From Candidatus Zambryskiibacteriota bacterium (lineage in GTDB: Bacteria; Patescibacteriota; Minisyncoccia; Phycocordibacterales; DATDWN01), in contig JAHFOB010000001.1 of the NCBI GenBank assembly GCA_023267045.1, positions 9,593-73,592 of the forward strand: a stretch of DNA of 64,000 nt, given 5' to 3'. How positions within the stretch are numbered: position 1 is the stretch's first letter; every line of letters starts with the position of its first letter. This document shows positions 8,934 to 19,486 of this stretch, in pieces. The notes below the pieces were generated by a model. That model did no database searches. It saw nothing but the letters and a program-made list of their open reading frames with translations, and was not told where the DNA came from. The translations under genes and the position numbers were made by a program.

Positions 8934-10265
8934 ATGAAAAAAAATCAGACTGAATACTCAGGTTGGGGTAATTATCCCAGACTTATGGCAGAGACGCTAG
9001 AACCAGAAAGTATTGAGGCGTTACAAGAAGTAGTTCGAAAAGCCGAAGTGGTTATTCCTCGTGGATTAGGTCGGAGCTACGGAGATTCAGCTCTATCAGT
9101 CCTGTTACTTTCCCTAAAACGCATGAATTATCCACAAAAATTTGATGAAAAAACTGGTATATTAACAACTGGCGGAGGAACATCATTCAAGACGATATTA
9201 GAGATGATTATTCCCCTCGGTTGGTTTTTGCCGGTTACACCTGGCACAAAACATATCACACTTGGTGGGGCCATTGCAGCGGATGTTCATGGAAAAAATC
9301 ATCATAAGGATGGATCATTTGGAGATTACGTGGTCTCAATGAATATTATGATGGCGGGTGGGGACATAGTAACATGCTCGAAAACAGAAAAAACTGAACT
9401 CTTTCATGCAAGTATTGGGGGGATGGGACTCTTGGGTATTATAGTGAGTGCTACAGTGCAGATGAGACCTATAGAGACGTCATTTATTTCACAAAAGATT
9501 GTTCGCACAAAAAACTTTGAGGAGACAATGAATACTCTACAAAATGCAAAAGATACAACATATTCAATCACATGGATTGACTCAGCTGCTCGTGGTAAAA
9601 AGATGGGTAGGGGGGTTGTGTTTTTGGGGGATCATGCGCCCGCTGCACTTATTCCAAGAGGAATTTCTGTTCTTCCTGTATCACGAAAGAAATCATGGCC
9701 AATATTTTTTTCTCTACCACGTTTTGCATTAAACATGTTATCTGTAAAAATACTGAATAAGTTTATTTATTTTTTGCATCCATCGAAAGAGTCGCTTGTT
9801 TCATATGATTCATTCTTCTATCCCCTCGACCAATTCTCAAATTGGAATCGTATTTACGGTAGTTCTGGGTTTTTGGAATATCAGTGTGTTGTTCCTAAAC
9901 AGGGCGGTGACCAGGTAATACGACGCATTATCGAAGAAACTGTATCGAGTGGACTACCAGCGCATCTTATGGGTTTTAAAATTTTTGGTAAGGCAAATGA
10001 CAACCTTCTCTCATTTCCTATGGAAGGATACACGCTTGGAATCGATTTTTCCATTCGCAAGGATTTAACAACTCTTTTTAAAGTTTTCGATGATATAGTT
10101 ATACGTTCTGGGGGGAGATTATATCTTGCAAAAGATACACGTATGTCGAAAGAAATATTCGATACTTCTTACAGGCGTGCTGAGGAGTTTAAAAAATATA
10201 AACGACAGGTTGACCCAACAAGTAAATTTCGTTCTCTCCAGTCAATGCGTCTTGGGCTGTATTAA
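8934..10265 (+). CDS. dprE1: FAD-dependent oxidase, DprE1-like (decaprenylphosphoryl-beta-D-ribose 2'-oxidase homolog)
   Basis: N-terminal SGWGNYP and the motif PRGLGRSYGDSAL match the mycobacterial DprE1 ARGLGRSYGDNAQ FAD-binding signature. At 443 aa the length matches. Confidence 0.7.
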   Translation: MKKNQTEYSGWGNYPRLMAETLEPESIEALQEVVRKAEVVIPRGLGRSYGDSALSVLLLSLKRMNYPQKFDEKTGILTTGGGTSFKTILEMIIPLGWFLPVTPGTKHITLGGAIAADVHGKNHHKDGSFGDYVVSMNIMMAGGDIVTCSKTEKTELFHASIGGMGLLGIIVSATVQMRPIETSFISQKIVRTKNFEETMNTLQNAKDTTYSITWIDSAARGKKMGRGVVFLGDHAPAALIPRGISVLPVSRKKSWPIFFSLPRFALNMLSVKILNKFIYFLHPSKESLVSYDSFFYPLDQFSNWNRIYGSSGFLEYQCVVPKQGGDQVIRRIIEETVSSGLPAHLMGFKIFGKANDNLLSFPMEGYTLGIDFSIRKDLTTLFKVFDDIVIRSGGRLYLAKDTRMSKEIFDTSYRRAEEFKKYKRQVDPTSKFRSLQSMRLGLY

Positions 10266-10291
10266 TAGATAGATGATATTATAGTATAATT

Positions 10292-11026
10292 ATGGAAAAA
10301 CCTTGGATACTCATCATTAGTGCTGGTTCTGATATCGCAATGAAAACAGCAGAAAGGTTTGTGGCTTTAGGTAATAATCTTTATCTAGCTGCTCATCATC
10401 CAGAAGAAATTCAATCATTCGCAGACAACCTTACTTTACGTTACCATGTGAAAATAACTGTTCTACCGTTTGATATTGTAAAGACGCAGTCACACGATGC
10501 TTTCCTAAGTAGTCTTCCAGTTGTGCCGAAAGGAATATTGATTGCTACTGGCTATGCAGGAGAGCAAGAATATTCTGAAAACAACATGAAAGAAGTAGAG
10601 CACATCATCAATGTTAATTTTATAGGTTGTATTTTTTTTCTTGAAATATGTGTGAAATATTTTGAAGGTAAGAAGGCATTTATTGTTGCCATCTCTTCAG
10701 TTGCTGGTGAACGTGGTCGTCGAAGTAATTATATATATGGCGCGTCAAAGGCTGGTCTTACTGCGTACTTGTCTGGACTTCGTGTGCGTCTCAGACCGAA
10801 AGGTATTGAGGTTATTACCATAATACCTGGTATTGTAAGAACGAAAATGTCTGCCGGAAAAGTATTTCCTCAATTCCTTGCGGCGACACCTGAGAAAGTA
10901 GCGATAGATATTGAGAAAGCGATCCGTCAAAGAACACCAGTTATATATACACCATGGTGGTGGCGTTTTGTAATGTTTAGTATAAAACTTATTCCTGAAA
11001 GAATATTTATGAGGATAAATTGGTAG
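10292..11026 (+). CDS. dprE2: Short-chain dehydrogenase, DprE2-like (decaprenylphosphoryl-2-keto-ribose reductase homolog)
   Basis: ISSVAGERGRRSNYIYGASKAGL, IPGIVRTKMSA and the C-terminal WRFVMFSIKLIPERIF align with M. tuberculosis DprE2 ([22 protein letters not shown] ... FRYVMMVLRHIPRSIF). The gene is adjacent to the dprE1-like gene. Confidence 0.7.
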   Translation: MEKPWILIISAGSDIAMKTAERFVALGNNLYLAAHHPEEIQSFADNLTLRYHVKITVLPFDIVKTQSHDAFLSSLPVVPKGILIATGYAGEQEYSENNMKEVEHIINVNFIGCIFFLEICVKYFEGKKAFIVAISSVAGERGRRSNYIYGASKAGLTAYLSGLRVRLRPKGIEVITIIPGIVRTKMSAGKVFPQFLAATPEKVAIDIEKAIRQRTPVIYTPWWWRFVMFSIKLIPERIFMRINW

Positions 11027-11064
11027 AACTCCCTCTTTTATTATAGAATTTAAGGTACTATATT

Positions 11065-12561
11065 ATGGAATATTCAGACTACATAGAGTCATTTTTCACA
11101 GAAAAAAGAAAGAAAATAATTCTAGCTATAGTTTTTGTTTTAGCACTATTTCTAATAACTTTCCAATTCATTAATACTCCAATGGTTTGGACTGACGAAG
11201 GTCTCTTTACTGAGATGTCTCGAAACGTAGCTTTTCACGGAGTGTGGGGTGTTCAGACAGCACCAGGAGTGTATTCTTTAATGAATACCACATTTGTTTC
11301 TGTAAGTTATCCAGTTATATTTGCTGTCGCGGTAAGTTTAAAACTTTTTGGTATCGGAGTTTTTCAGGCACGATTGCCCATGATCTTGTATATGTTTTTA
11401 TTAGTTGTCTTTTTTTATCTTTTTGCCAAAAAAAGATACGGTTTTTATCCAGCTGTTTTGTCAGTTCTTTTACTTTTATCTTTTTCACCTTTTTATGGTG
11501 ATGGTAGGCCTGTTCTTGGAGAAGTGCCCGGTTTAGTTTTTTTTGTTTTAGGTGCGTATTGGCTTCTTTTTTGGGAGGAAAGTGATTTTAAAAATATAAA
11601 GTGGGCGTTACTCACTGGATTTGCTTTCGGACTCTCAGCTGCTACTAAAGAAATTTATTTGATTGGGGTTCCATTAGCATTTATTGTCGCTCTCTTTTTT
11701 TGTTTTAAAAGAGAGCGACAAAAAGTAGAAAACAAAAAAACACTATTGTATTTTTTGTTAGGCTTTATTCCACCAGTTTTTGTATGGGCATATATTCATC
11801 TCATTTCTTCGAATACTGTAATGGATTTTATTCCAAACTATTTATATTTTTCTGGTAATCATGGTAGTAATTTGTCCACTATACAGACAATTGTAAGTAA
11901 TTTTATGAGATTTTTTACCGAATCGACTCCAATTCTTTTCTCTTTTTTACTTATTGTGACAATTGTCTCTTTTCTTTTTAGATTTAGGAAAGGTACATCA
12001 GAGCATTTTAGTGTTGCAGAGTGCACAATATTTGCTTTTGTTATTTTGAATTGGGCAGGATATTTGAAGGGAACAGGTTGGTATCGTTATTTTTTCCCGG
12101 CGCATATTCTACTTTACCTACTTTTTCCGGCTGCTCTTTTACTTTTTGCTAGACATTTTAAAAATCAATTTTTGAAAAAATATCTAATTGTCATTCCTAT
12201 CGTTTTGGTTATATTTCAGTTTTACTATCTAATATTTTTATCAGACACATCTTTTGTTGTTTCAAGAACTAGAAATACGGAGCTTACTCTAGTTCTTTCA
12301 AAAATTGATCCTTCAAAAAATGTTGTGTTCTATAACACTATGGAAACAATCATATTTTTTAAGGGAAATAATTATTCACAGTATTTATCAGTAGGTGATT
12401 TTATAGTAGTTGGAGACAAAAATATCTTATCCAGTACGACAGCAGACTATATAGTCAGTAATACTGATCAAAATCTTTCTGTCTCCCAATTATGTTATGA
12501 AAAAACATCTGTAAGTAGATATTATTTATTTACACGTTTGAATAATTGTAAAAAGAATTAG
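11065..12561 (+). CDS. Polytopic GT-C-like membrane glycosyltransferase (GT39/ArnT-like)
   Basis: 498 aa with many TM helices. The first-loop TDEGLFTEMSRNVAFHG resembles the DE motif of polyprenyl-phosphate-sugar-dependent GT-C enzymes. Confidence 0.5.
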   Translation: MEYSDYIESFFTEKRKKIILAIVFVLALFLITFQFINTPMVWTDEGLFTEMSRNVAFHGVWGVQTAPGVYSLMNTTFVSVSYPVIFAVAVSLKLFGIGVFQARLPMILYMFLLVVFFYLFAKKRYGFYPAVLSVLLLLSFSPFYGDGRPVLGEVPGLVFFVLGAYWLLFWEESDFKNIKWALLTGFAFGLSAATKEIYLIGVPLAFIVALFFCFKRERQKVENKKTLLYFLLGFIPPVFVWAYIHLISSNTVMDFIPNYLYFSGNHGSNLSTIQTIVSNFMRFFTESTPILFSFLLIVTIVSFLFRFRKGTSEHFSVAECTIFAFVILNWAGYLKGTGWYRYFFPAHILLYLLFPAALLLFARHFKNQFLKKYLIVIPIVLVIFQFYYLIFLSDTSFVVSRTRNTELTLVLSKIDPSKNVVFYNTMETIIFFKGNNYSQYLSVGDFIVVGDKNILSSTTADYIVSNTDQNLSVSQLCYEKTSVSRYYLFTRLNNCKKN

Positions 12562-12652
12562 AGGATATTTACGGATATCTCAAAAGATGGTAGGGTTTAC
12601 CAAAATATTTAAGGGCTTATATACAACTGATTAGTCAAACTTTTATATCAAA

Positions 12653-14434
12653 ATGAAGACATTATCAATAGTTATCCCAATATATAACGAAAAGAGTACA
12701 CTCTCCAAGACGCTTAAAAGAGTGGAGGAAAGTCCAGTAGGTGAATTAAAAAAGGAAATAATTTTAGTCGATGATTTTTCAACAGACGGAAGTAGGGAAA
12801 TTTTAGAAGATTTAGTAAAAACAGGCAGGTATAAAATTTTCTTTCAAGATAAAAATAGTGGCAAGGGTTCTTGTTTGCGGTTAGGTTTCAAAGAGGCTCG
12901 TGGAGATTTTATTATTGTTCAAGATGCTGATTTAGAGTACAACCCAAATGAATATCAAAATTTACTAGAACCGCTGACAAACGGTTTGGCCGATGTAGTG
13001 TACGGATCACGTTTTGTAGGTGATAAACAGCATAGAGTTTTATTTTTCTGGCATTATCTTGGCAATAGATTTTTAACATTGTTTTCAAATATTTTCACAG
13101 GTCTCAATCTTTCAGATATGGAAACTTGCTACAAAGCTTTTACAAAACAAGCTCTGTTAAAAGTATTACCATCTTTGAAATCCAATCGTTTCGGTATAGA
13201 GCCAGAAATTACTGCGGTCATAGCTCATAATAAACTAAGAATATTTGAAGTGGGCATATCATATGCAGGACGTACTTACGAAGAAGGTAAAAAAATAAAT
13301 TGGAAGGATGGTTTATCTGCCATCTGGACCATTGTAAAATCTAGTTTCCGTTTATCTTCTATTGGCAGAGATAGATATAAAACTTGGCTTCTTATTATAC
13401 TTTTACTTTTACCTATTTTTTCTATAACCGTACTTAAGCCAGAAATAGAAGGGGATAGTATTTCTTACGTTGAGACTTTGGGGGTACTCAAAGGGGGAAT
13501 TACGCCAACTCATTTTGTGCCAAATCGTCTTATCACGACATATTTTGGACTTTTGACGATTAGGTTTGCAGATGCAATATTTCATAATCTTAAATTTTCA
13601 TGGCTTCTAGTTAACAGTCTTCTTTATGTTATTATGGGTCTGTTTTTTTACTCACTTTTGCAAAAATTATTTCAAAATAAAAGAATATCTTTCATCAGCA
13701 CACTATTTTTAGTGACAAACTATTCTGCCGTCACATTTGGTTTAGCATATCTAATGGATATTGGAGGTTGGACATTTTATATTATTTCTCTTTATTTCTC
13801 TTCACTTTATTTGGAAACTAAAAAGACTGATTGGTTATGGCTTTCTGCTCTGGTACTTTCTTTCGGGGGGTTATTTAAAGAGTATGCTCTTTTGGGCTAC
13901 ATTGTTCTCTTTGGACTTATTTTGTTTATAAACTGGAAAGAATGGAGAAAGATTGCAAAACTCACTTTCTTTACTGGGCTCATAACTTTTGGTCCAGTAA
14001 TTTTGATAAATCTTTATTCATTGTTCGTCTATGATTACACGTATTTCTCTTGGCTTGCTGTTCAATCAAAGTATGTTTATAAATCTAGAATTTTGGAATA
14101 TATAAAAAGTTTTGGTTCGCTGTACAATTTTGATTGGTTCATCTTTTTGCCTGGATTTTACTTACTTTTGAAAAATTACAAAAAAATATTTAAAAATGAA
14201 TCACTATTGTTTATCCTACTTGTCTGTTTGTCTAGCTTACCTATTTTTCTATGGGGAGCTATAACCCAAAGAGTTTTGTTTATTACTGTTCCCGCACTCG
14301 TTTTGATTTCCAGTTTATTTCTTAAAAAAATAGATACATATTGGTATGTGGTGTTATCTCTTTTATTTCTGTATGTTTTATCTAGTTTTCTTATGGATTC
14401 TTATATTTTAAACACTGTTAATCTTGGTTTTTGA
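12653..14434 (+). CDS. GT2 glycosyltransferase (polyprenyl-phosphate hexose synthase-like) fused to a large C-terminal polytopic membrane domain
   Basis: N-terminal LSIVIPIYNE ... DDFSTDGS ... VQDADLEY (GT2 DxD region), followed by about ten TM helices. Confidence 0.6.
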   Translation: MKTLSIVIPIYNEKSTLSKTLKRVEESPVGELKKEIILVDDFSTDGSREILEDLVKTGRYKIFFQDKNSGKGSCLRLGFKEARGDFIIVQDADLEYNPNEYQNLLEPLTNGLADVVYGSRFVGDKQHRVLFFWHYLGNRFLTLFSNIFTGLNLSDMETCYKAFTKQALLKVLPSLKSNRFGIEPEITAVIAHNKLRIFEVGISYAGRTYEEGKKINWKDGLSAIWTIVKSSFRLSSIGRDRYKTWLLIILLLLPIFSITVLKPEIEGDSISYVETLGVLKGGITPTHFVPNRLITTYFGLLTIRFADAIFHNLKFSWLLVNSLLYVIMGLFFYSLLQKLFQNKRISFISTLFLVTNYSAVTFGLAYLMDIGGWTFYIISLYFSSLYLETKKTDWLWLSALVLSFGGLFKEYALLGYIVLFGLILFINWKEWRKIAKLTFFTGLITFGPVILINLYSLFVYDYTYFSWLAVQSKYVYKSRILEYIKSFGSLYNFDWFIFLPGFYLLLKNYKKIFKNESLLFILLVCLSSLPIFLWGAITQRVLFITVPALVLISSLFLKKIDTYWYVVLSLLFLYVLSSFLMDSYILNTVNLGF

Positions 14435-14443
14435 TAAAATTAT

Positions 14444-15556
14444 ATGCATCAAAAAAAAATAATTTTTGCAATTGATCAATTGGGAATGGGTGGTGCTGAA
14501 AACATGATTGTGCAGCAGGTAAATCATATAGACAGAAAAATCTTCAAAGTCTATCTGATTACTCTTTTTTCCAATCCAAAGGTCAATGTAGCAGATAAAA
14601 TTGACCCTGACGTTACATATGTTCAGTTTAATTTTCGTAGTCCATTTTCCGGGCTTTTGGATATTAGTTCTTGGTGGAGATTATATAAATTTTTTCGAAA
14701 AGAAAAATTTGATGTAGTTGATACTAATCTTTTTATCACAAATATTATTGTTCGTATCGTTGCTATATTTGCGGGTGTACCAGTCATTTTATCTAACGAA
14801 CTAAATGTGTATAAAAATAAAAAGTATTGGCAGATATGCATTGATAAAATACTAGCTCGTTTTACAAAGGTAATATTTGCTAGTTCTTCTGAAGTTCTAG
14901 AATTTACAGCAGAGCAGGAGCACCTATCCAAGGATAAATTTTGTTTGAATTATAATGCCATTCCTCTAAAACTTTTTAAAGTTAAAGAAAATCGTAATAA
15001 AGTATTGACCGAATTCGCCTTACCTACCGACTCTTTTTATATTGTTACAGCCGGCAGACTTATAGTCCAAAAAGGTCACAAGTATCTATTAGAAGCAGCT
15101 CAAATACTTAAAAAACAAGGTATTTCTAATTTCAAAGTTCTTATTTTTGGTCAGGGAGTTCTAGAAGAAGAGATTTCAAAGCAAATTATTTCTCTAGGTT
15201 TGGAATACCAAGTAAAATTAATGGGGTTAAGTTCGATGGACAATATTCTTGCTATAAGTGATACTTTTGTCTTGCCTTCTTTATGGGAAGGTTTGTCCAT
15301 AGCTCTCCTTCAGGCTATGGATTCTGGTTCAGTTATTGTAGCTACAGATATTAGTGGCTCAAGAGAAGCTATTATAAATGGCACGAGTGGTCTAGTTGTT
15401 AGTTCTGGTGATTCGGAGAAACTTGCTTCGGCTCTAAGTACTGTTATGAAAGATACACAATTGCGAACTAAGCTTTCACGTGGAGCACTTGAACAGGTGA
15501 AAAAATTTTCAATTGAAGCAAATGTCAAAATAATAGAAAGGGAAGCTCTAAAATAG
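14444..15556 (+). CDS. Glycosyltransferase family 4
   Basis: C-terminal PSLWEGLSIALLQAMDSGSVIVATD is an E-x7-E motif. The GT-B layout is evident. Confidence 0.7.
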   Translation: MHQKKIIFAIDQLGMGGAENMIVQQVNHIDRKIFKVYLITLFSNPKVNVADKIDPDVTYVQFNFRSPFSGLLDISSWWRLYKFFRKEKFDVVDTNLFITNIIVRIVAIFAGVPVILSNELNVYKNKKYWQICIDKILARFTKVIFASSSEVLEFTAEQEHLSKDKFCLNYNAIPLKLFKVKENRNKVLTEFALPTDSFYIVTAGRLIVQKGHKYLLEAAQILKKQGISNFKVLIFGQGVLEEEISKQIISLGLEYQVKLMGLSSMDNILAISDTFVLPSLWEGLSIALLQAMDSGSVIVATDISGSREAIINGTSGLVVSSGDSEKLASALSTVMKDTQLRTKLSRGALEQVKKFSIEANVKIIEREALK

Positions 15557-15573
15557 GTTATAATTAGAAAGAT

Positions 15574-16569
15574 ATGAAAAGTATACAAAAAAGAGTATTT
15601 AAGGATAAAAACGTACTTATTACTGGTGGGGCTGGGTTTATCGGTAGTTCTTTGGCTCACGCTTTAGTCAGTTTGGGTGCAAAAGTCACTGTGGTTGATC
15701 CTCTACTACCTCTATATGGCGGCAATATGTTTAACCTTGAAAGTATTTTAGATAGGATAACTTTTGTAGATGGAGATATTCGTGATGGAGATTTGATGAT
15801 GAAACTAGTAAAAGATCAGGATATAGTTTTCAACTTAGCTGCCCAGGTTAGCTATATCGATTCCAAGACAGAACCTTTCCTTGATTTGGAAATTAATTGT
15901 CGTGGACATTTGAACGTTCTTGAGGCTGTTCGTACTGTTTCACCAAAGTGTCGAGTCATTTTTTCTTCATCTCGTATGGTCTACGGAAAGATTTTGAAAG
16001 TACCTGTTTCAGAGGATCATCCAACAAATCCACTTAGTCTATACGGAATTCATAAACTAACCGCCGAAAAGTATTATAAGTATTATCACGATACTTTCGG
16101 CCTAGATACTATTGTTTTACGTATTCCTAATCCATATGGGCCACGGCAACAGATGAAACACAGTAAGTACTCAATAGTGGGGTGGTTTATCAGGCAAGCT
16201 TTTGAATCTAACCCGATTACTATTTTTGGTGATGGAAAACAGGATAGAGATTATCTATATATAGATGATATTGTTTCGGCATTTTTGAAATTGGCAGAAA
16301 GTGGAAAATCAGGGGAGATTTATAATGCTGGCACAAAAGAAAAGGTAACTTTTGTTCAAATGGTTGATGCTATTTTAGCTGAAGTACCATCTGGAACAAA
16401 AAAGCATGTTCCATGGCCAGATAATTATGAAAAAAATGAAACGGGTGGTTACGTGGCAGATGCTTCCAAAATTGAGCGAGACACATCATGGCAAGCAAAA
16501 GTAAGTTTGAAAGATGGCATTCATAAAACTGTTGCGTATTACAAAAAGAATAAAAAACATTACTGGTAA
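15574..16569 (+). CDS. NAD-dependent nucleotide-sugar epimerase/dehydratase (extended SDR)
   Basis: GGAGFIGSSLAHAL Rossmann motif and a YxxxK catalytic region (SLYGIHKLTAEKYYKYY). Confidence 0.75.
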   Translation: MKSIQKRVFKDKNVLITGGAGFIGSSLAHALVSLGAKVTVVDPLLPLYGGNMFNLESILDRITFVDGDIRDGDLMMKLVKDQDIVFNLAAQVSYIDSKTEPFLDLEINCRGHLNVLEAVRTVSPKCRVIFSSSRMVYGKILKVPVSEDHPTNPLSLYGIHKLTAEKYYKYYHDTFGLDTIVLRIPNPYGPRQQMKHSKYSIVGWFIRQAFESNPITIFGDGKQDRDYLYIDDIVSAFLKLAESGKSGEIYNAGTKEKVTFVQMVDAILAEVPSGTKKHVPWPDNYEKNETGGYVADASKIERDTSWQAKVSLKDGIHKTVAYYKKNKKHYW

Positions 16570-16574
16570 GACAT

Positions 16575-17711
16575 ATGGAAGAAACAATTCACAAACCTAA
16601 AGTTGCTTTAATGAGCTACTCGATGGACAACCGTCGGACAAAGGGAACTGCTCTCTATGCACGGAAACTTATAGAAGGTCTTCTAACTAACCAAAAGTGT
16701 GATTACTATCTAGTTCACTACGACAAAGTAGATGATCCGTTGTACAAAAAAGCCAACGAAATTTTAATACCCAAAATAAAACTTCCATATGGTTCTAGGT
16801 TTGTGTCACAATTTATATTTTTTTGGAAATATAGAAACAATAAGTTCGATGTTGTTCACTATTTCCAACCAAGACTTTACCCTTTTTTCTGGTTTGTTCC
16901 TGCAAAAAAAATAATTGTCACGGTACACGGCGCTGGAGATATCTCTGCTCCACAGTACTTTATTTTTTCTCGTACAGTTTTTAACTTTGTTATAGTTCAT
17001 TTTCAGAAGTTCGTAGAAGTGTTTATTGCTGATTCAATCGATGCCAAGGTTGAGATAGTGCAGTATTACAAGTTTCCCGAAAGTAAAGTAAAGGTTATCT
17101 ACCTCGGAGGTGCTGAAAACTATACAGTTATTCCTAAAAATGAGGCTAAAGAATTAGTTTCAAAAAAATATGGAGTAAACGGTGCATTTATACTAGATGT
17201 CTCACGTCTTGTTCCACACAAGAACATAGTTAATCTTATAAAAGCTTATGATAGTATGAGAACAGAATACAGTTCTCATACAGAGAAACTGGTTATTGTG
17301 GGCAGTTCTGTACCCAACCGTGTAGATGAATTCGAGCAGGCAAAAAGTTCACTATTCTCAAAAGACATTTGCTTTATTGGTTTTATTGACGCCGGAGATT
17401 TGAACGCTATTTACTCCGCATCAGATCTTTTTGTGTACCCATCTCTTTCCGAAGGCTTTGGTCTACCTATTTTGGAGGCGATGGGCTCTGGTACGCCAGT
17501 GGTCACTTCAAACATCACTTCAATGCCTGAAATCGCTGGAGATTCAGCGCTTTTAGTTGACCCACTGAATATTACAGAAATAGCCACAGCGATGCATAAA
17601 GTACTTACGGATAAAGAGTTGCGAGAAAAAAATATAGATAAAGGATTTGAGCGCGTAAAAAAGTTTACTTGGGCTGGAACAGTTCAGAAGACAGAGGAAC
17701 TATATAAATAA
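16575..17711 (+). CDS. Glycosyltransferase family 4
   Basis: PSLSEGFGLPILEAMGSGTPVVTSN E-x7-E motif. Confidence 0.7.
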   Translation: MEETIHKPKVALMSYSMDNRRTKGTALYARKLIEGLLTNQKCDYYLVHYDKVDDPLYKKANEILIPKIKLPYGSRFVSQFIFFWKYRNNKFDVVHYFQPRLYPFFWFVPAKKIIVTVHGAGDISAPQYFIFSRTVFNFVIVHFQKFVEVFIADSIDAKVEIVQYYKFPESKVKVIYLGGAENYTVIPKNEAKELVSKKYGVNGAFILDVSRLVPHKNIVNLIKAYDSMRTEYSSHTEKLVIVGSSVPNRVDEFEQAKSSLFSKDICFIGFIDAGDLNAIYSASDLFVYPSLSEGFGLPILEAMGSGTPVVTSNITSMPEIAGDSALLVDPLNITEIATAMHKVLTDKELREKNIDKGFERVKKFTWAGTVQKTEELYK

Positions 17712-17714
17712 AAT

Positions 17715-18539
17715 ATGAAAAATCAATGCCCAATCTGTAATAGTGAAAATACTAAAATTAGGGATAGAGAGATCGGTGTATACGAATGTCTAAAATGTAC
17801 TCACGTTTTTACTGTTATCACAGGCAATCCACTCACACCTTATACAGAGGAATATTATAATAACAAACACAAAAACTGGTTTGAACATCCTGATGTAAGG
17901 TTGTTTAGAAAAATCGTAAAACAACTTGATCTAGAAAATAATCAAGGCAAATCACTAATAGATGTTGGTTGTGGAAAAGGTGATTTTTTGAAATATGTAA
18001 AAAATACTGGATTAAAGATACAACTATACGGTATAGATCCTACTAAAAACGTATACGATGGGATTTATTTTATCCAAGGAGATTTTATGAATATTGATTT
18101 TCCAGACAGAAAAGATTTTGTTGTTTCCACGATGGTTGTTGAACACGTTACAGAACCAAATCTTTTTATGCGCAAGATCGTAGATATACTAAAACCAAAC
18201 GGAGTATTGGTGCTTAATACAATAAACAGTGGTGCACTTATACATTATCTAGCAAGATTTTTAAAAATATTTGGTGTTCGAGTAGTTTTTGATCGTTTAT
18301 ATGACCATCATCATTTGCAACACTATACAAAAAAATCACTATCCCAGTTAGTCATACAAAACGGTTTTGAAATCACTTCTCACACGATTCATAATTTCCC
18401 TTTAAAAGCAGTTGATTTACCTGAAAATCGTGCTATTATAAGGCAAATTTACTTAGCTGGTGTAGCTATTATATTTGCATTTTCCAATGTATTTGGAGGA
18501 GGATTGAGCCAGACAATAGTTTGTCGTAAACACACATGA
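17715..18539 (+). CDS. Class I SAM-dependent methyltransferase with N-terminal Cys4 zinc ribbon
   Basis: CPICNSE ... CLKCTH zinc ribbon, then LIDVGCGKGDFL (SAM motif I). Confidence 0.6.
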   Translation: MKNQCPICNSENTKIRDREIGVYECLKCTHVFTVITGNPLTPYTEEYYNNKHKNWFEHPDVRLFRKIVKQLDLENNQGKSLIDVGCGKGDFLKYVKNTGLKIQLYGIDPTKNVYDGIYFIQGDFMNIDFPDRKDFVVSTMVVEHVTEPNLFMRKIVDILKPNGVLVLNTINSGALIHYLARFLKIFGVRVVFDRLYDHHHLQHYTKKSLSQLVIQNGFEITSHTIHNFPLKAVDLPENRAIIRQIYLAGVAIIFAFSNVFGGGLSQTIVCRKHT

Positions 18540-19486
18540 AAAAAGAAATATTATCAATAGTTGTGCCGTGTTATAACGAGAGTGAGACTACAGAAAGTAG
18601 TTTCAGGATTTTACAGCAGCTTTGTAACTCTTGGAAAGAAAAAACCCTCATAGCTGACTATGAGTTGCTTTTTGTAAACGATGGGTCTACAGATGATACA
18701 TTTGATATTTTGAAAAAGATTTATAACAAAAATAAAAATGTTTCGATAGTAAATCTCCGAAAAAACTCTGGATTTCAGGCGGCGTTAACCGCTGGTCTTT
18801 TCGAGTCGACAGGGGATATTGTGGTAAGTATTGACGCTGATCTACAGGATGATCCAGAAAAAATAGAAGAAATGATACAGAAATACCATGAGGGGTTTGA
18901 GATGGTGCTCGGTATCCGAAAAGACCGTAGCACAGATACATTTTTCAAACGTTTGTTTGCAGAAACATATTATAAAATCCTTCGAAAAATTGGAGTGAAA
19001 TCTGTATATAACCACGGCGATTTTCGTTTACTGAGTCGCGGTATCATAGATGACCTCAAAAAGTTTCCAGAACGAGTGCGCTATTTGCGATCACTCATCT
19101 TTGAAATAGAACCACGATATGCTTGTGTATACTACGCTCGTACCAAAAGAAAATTTGGTCAAAGTAAGTTTACCTTTTCTAAATCTTTATCACTTGCTAT
19201 TGATGGTGTAACATCTTTTACGGCACAACCAATAAGACTTCTCTCTGTCTTGGGATTTTTTATGTTTATATTGTCTATCGTTTGTACAGTGATTGTGTTT
19301 TTTGGAAAGTTCTACTGGCACTTGGGTATTCCTGGGTGGGCATCTCTTGCACTCATCGTACTTTTTTTCGGAGGCATTCAAAACCTTTCACTAGGAGTGG
19401 TTGGAGAGTATGTTTCTAAAATATATATAGAAAACAAAGCTCGTCCACTATATCTTGTTCGTGATATTTATACACATGGAAAATAA
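18536..19486 (+). CDS. GT2 polyprenyl-phosphate sugar synthase (DPM1/GtrB-like) with C-terminal TM helices
   Basis: LSIVVPCYNE, VNDGSTDDT, SIDADLQDD (DxD), and two C-terminal TM helices, which is the typical GtrB/DPM1 architecture. Confidence 0.7.
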   Translation: MKKEILSIVVPCYNESETTESSFRILQQLCNSWKEKTLIADYELLFVNDGSTDDTFDILKKIYNKNKNVSIVNLRKNSGFQAALTAGLFESTGDIVVSIDADLQDDPEKIEEMIQKYHEGFEMVLGIRKDRSTDTFFKRLFAETYYKILRKIGVKSVYNHGDFRLLSRGIIDDLKKFPERVRYLRSLIFEIEPRYACVYYARTKRKFGQSKFTFSKSLSLAIDGVTSFTAQPIRLLSVLGFFMFILSIVCTVIVFFGKFYWHLGIPGWASLALIVLFFGGIQNLSLGVVGEYVSKIYIENKARPLYLVRDIYTHGK

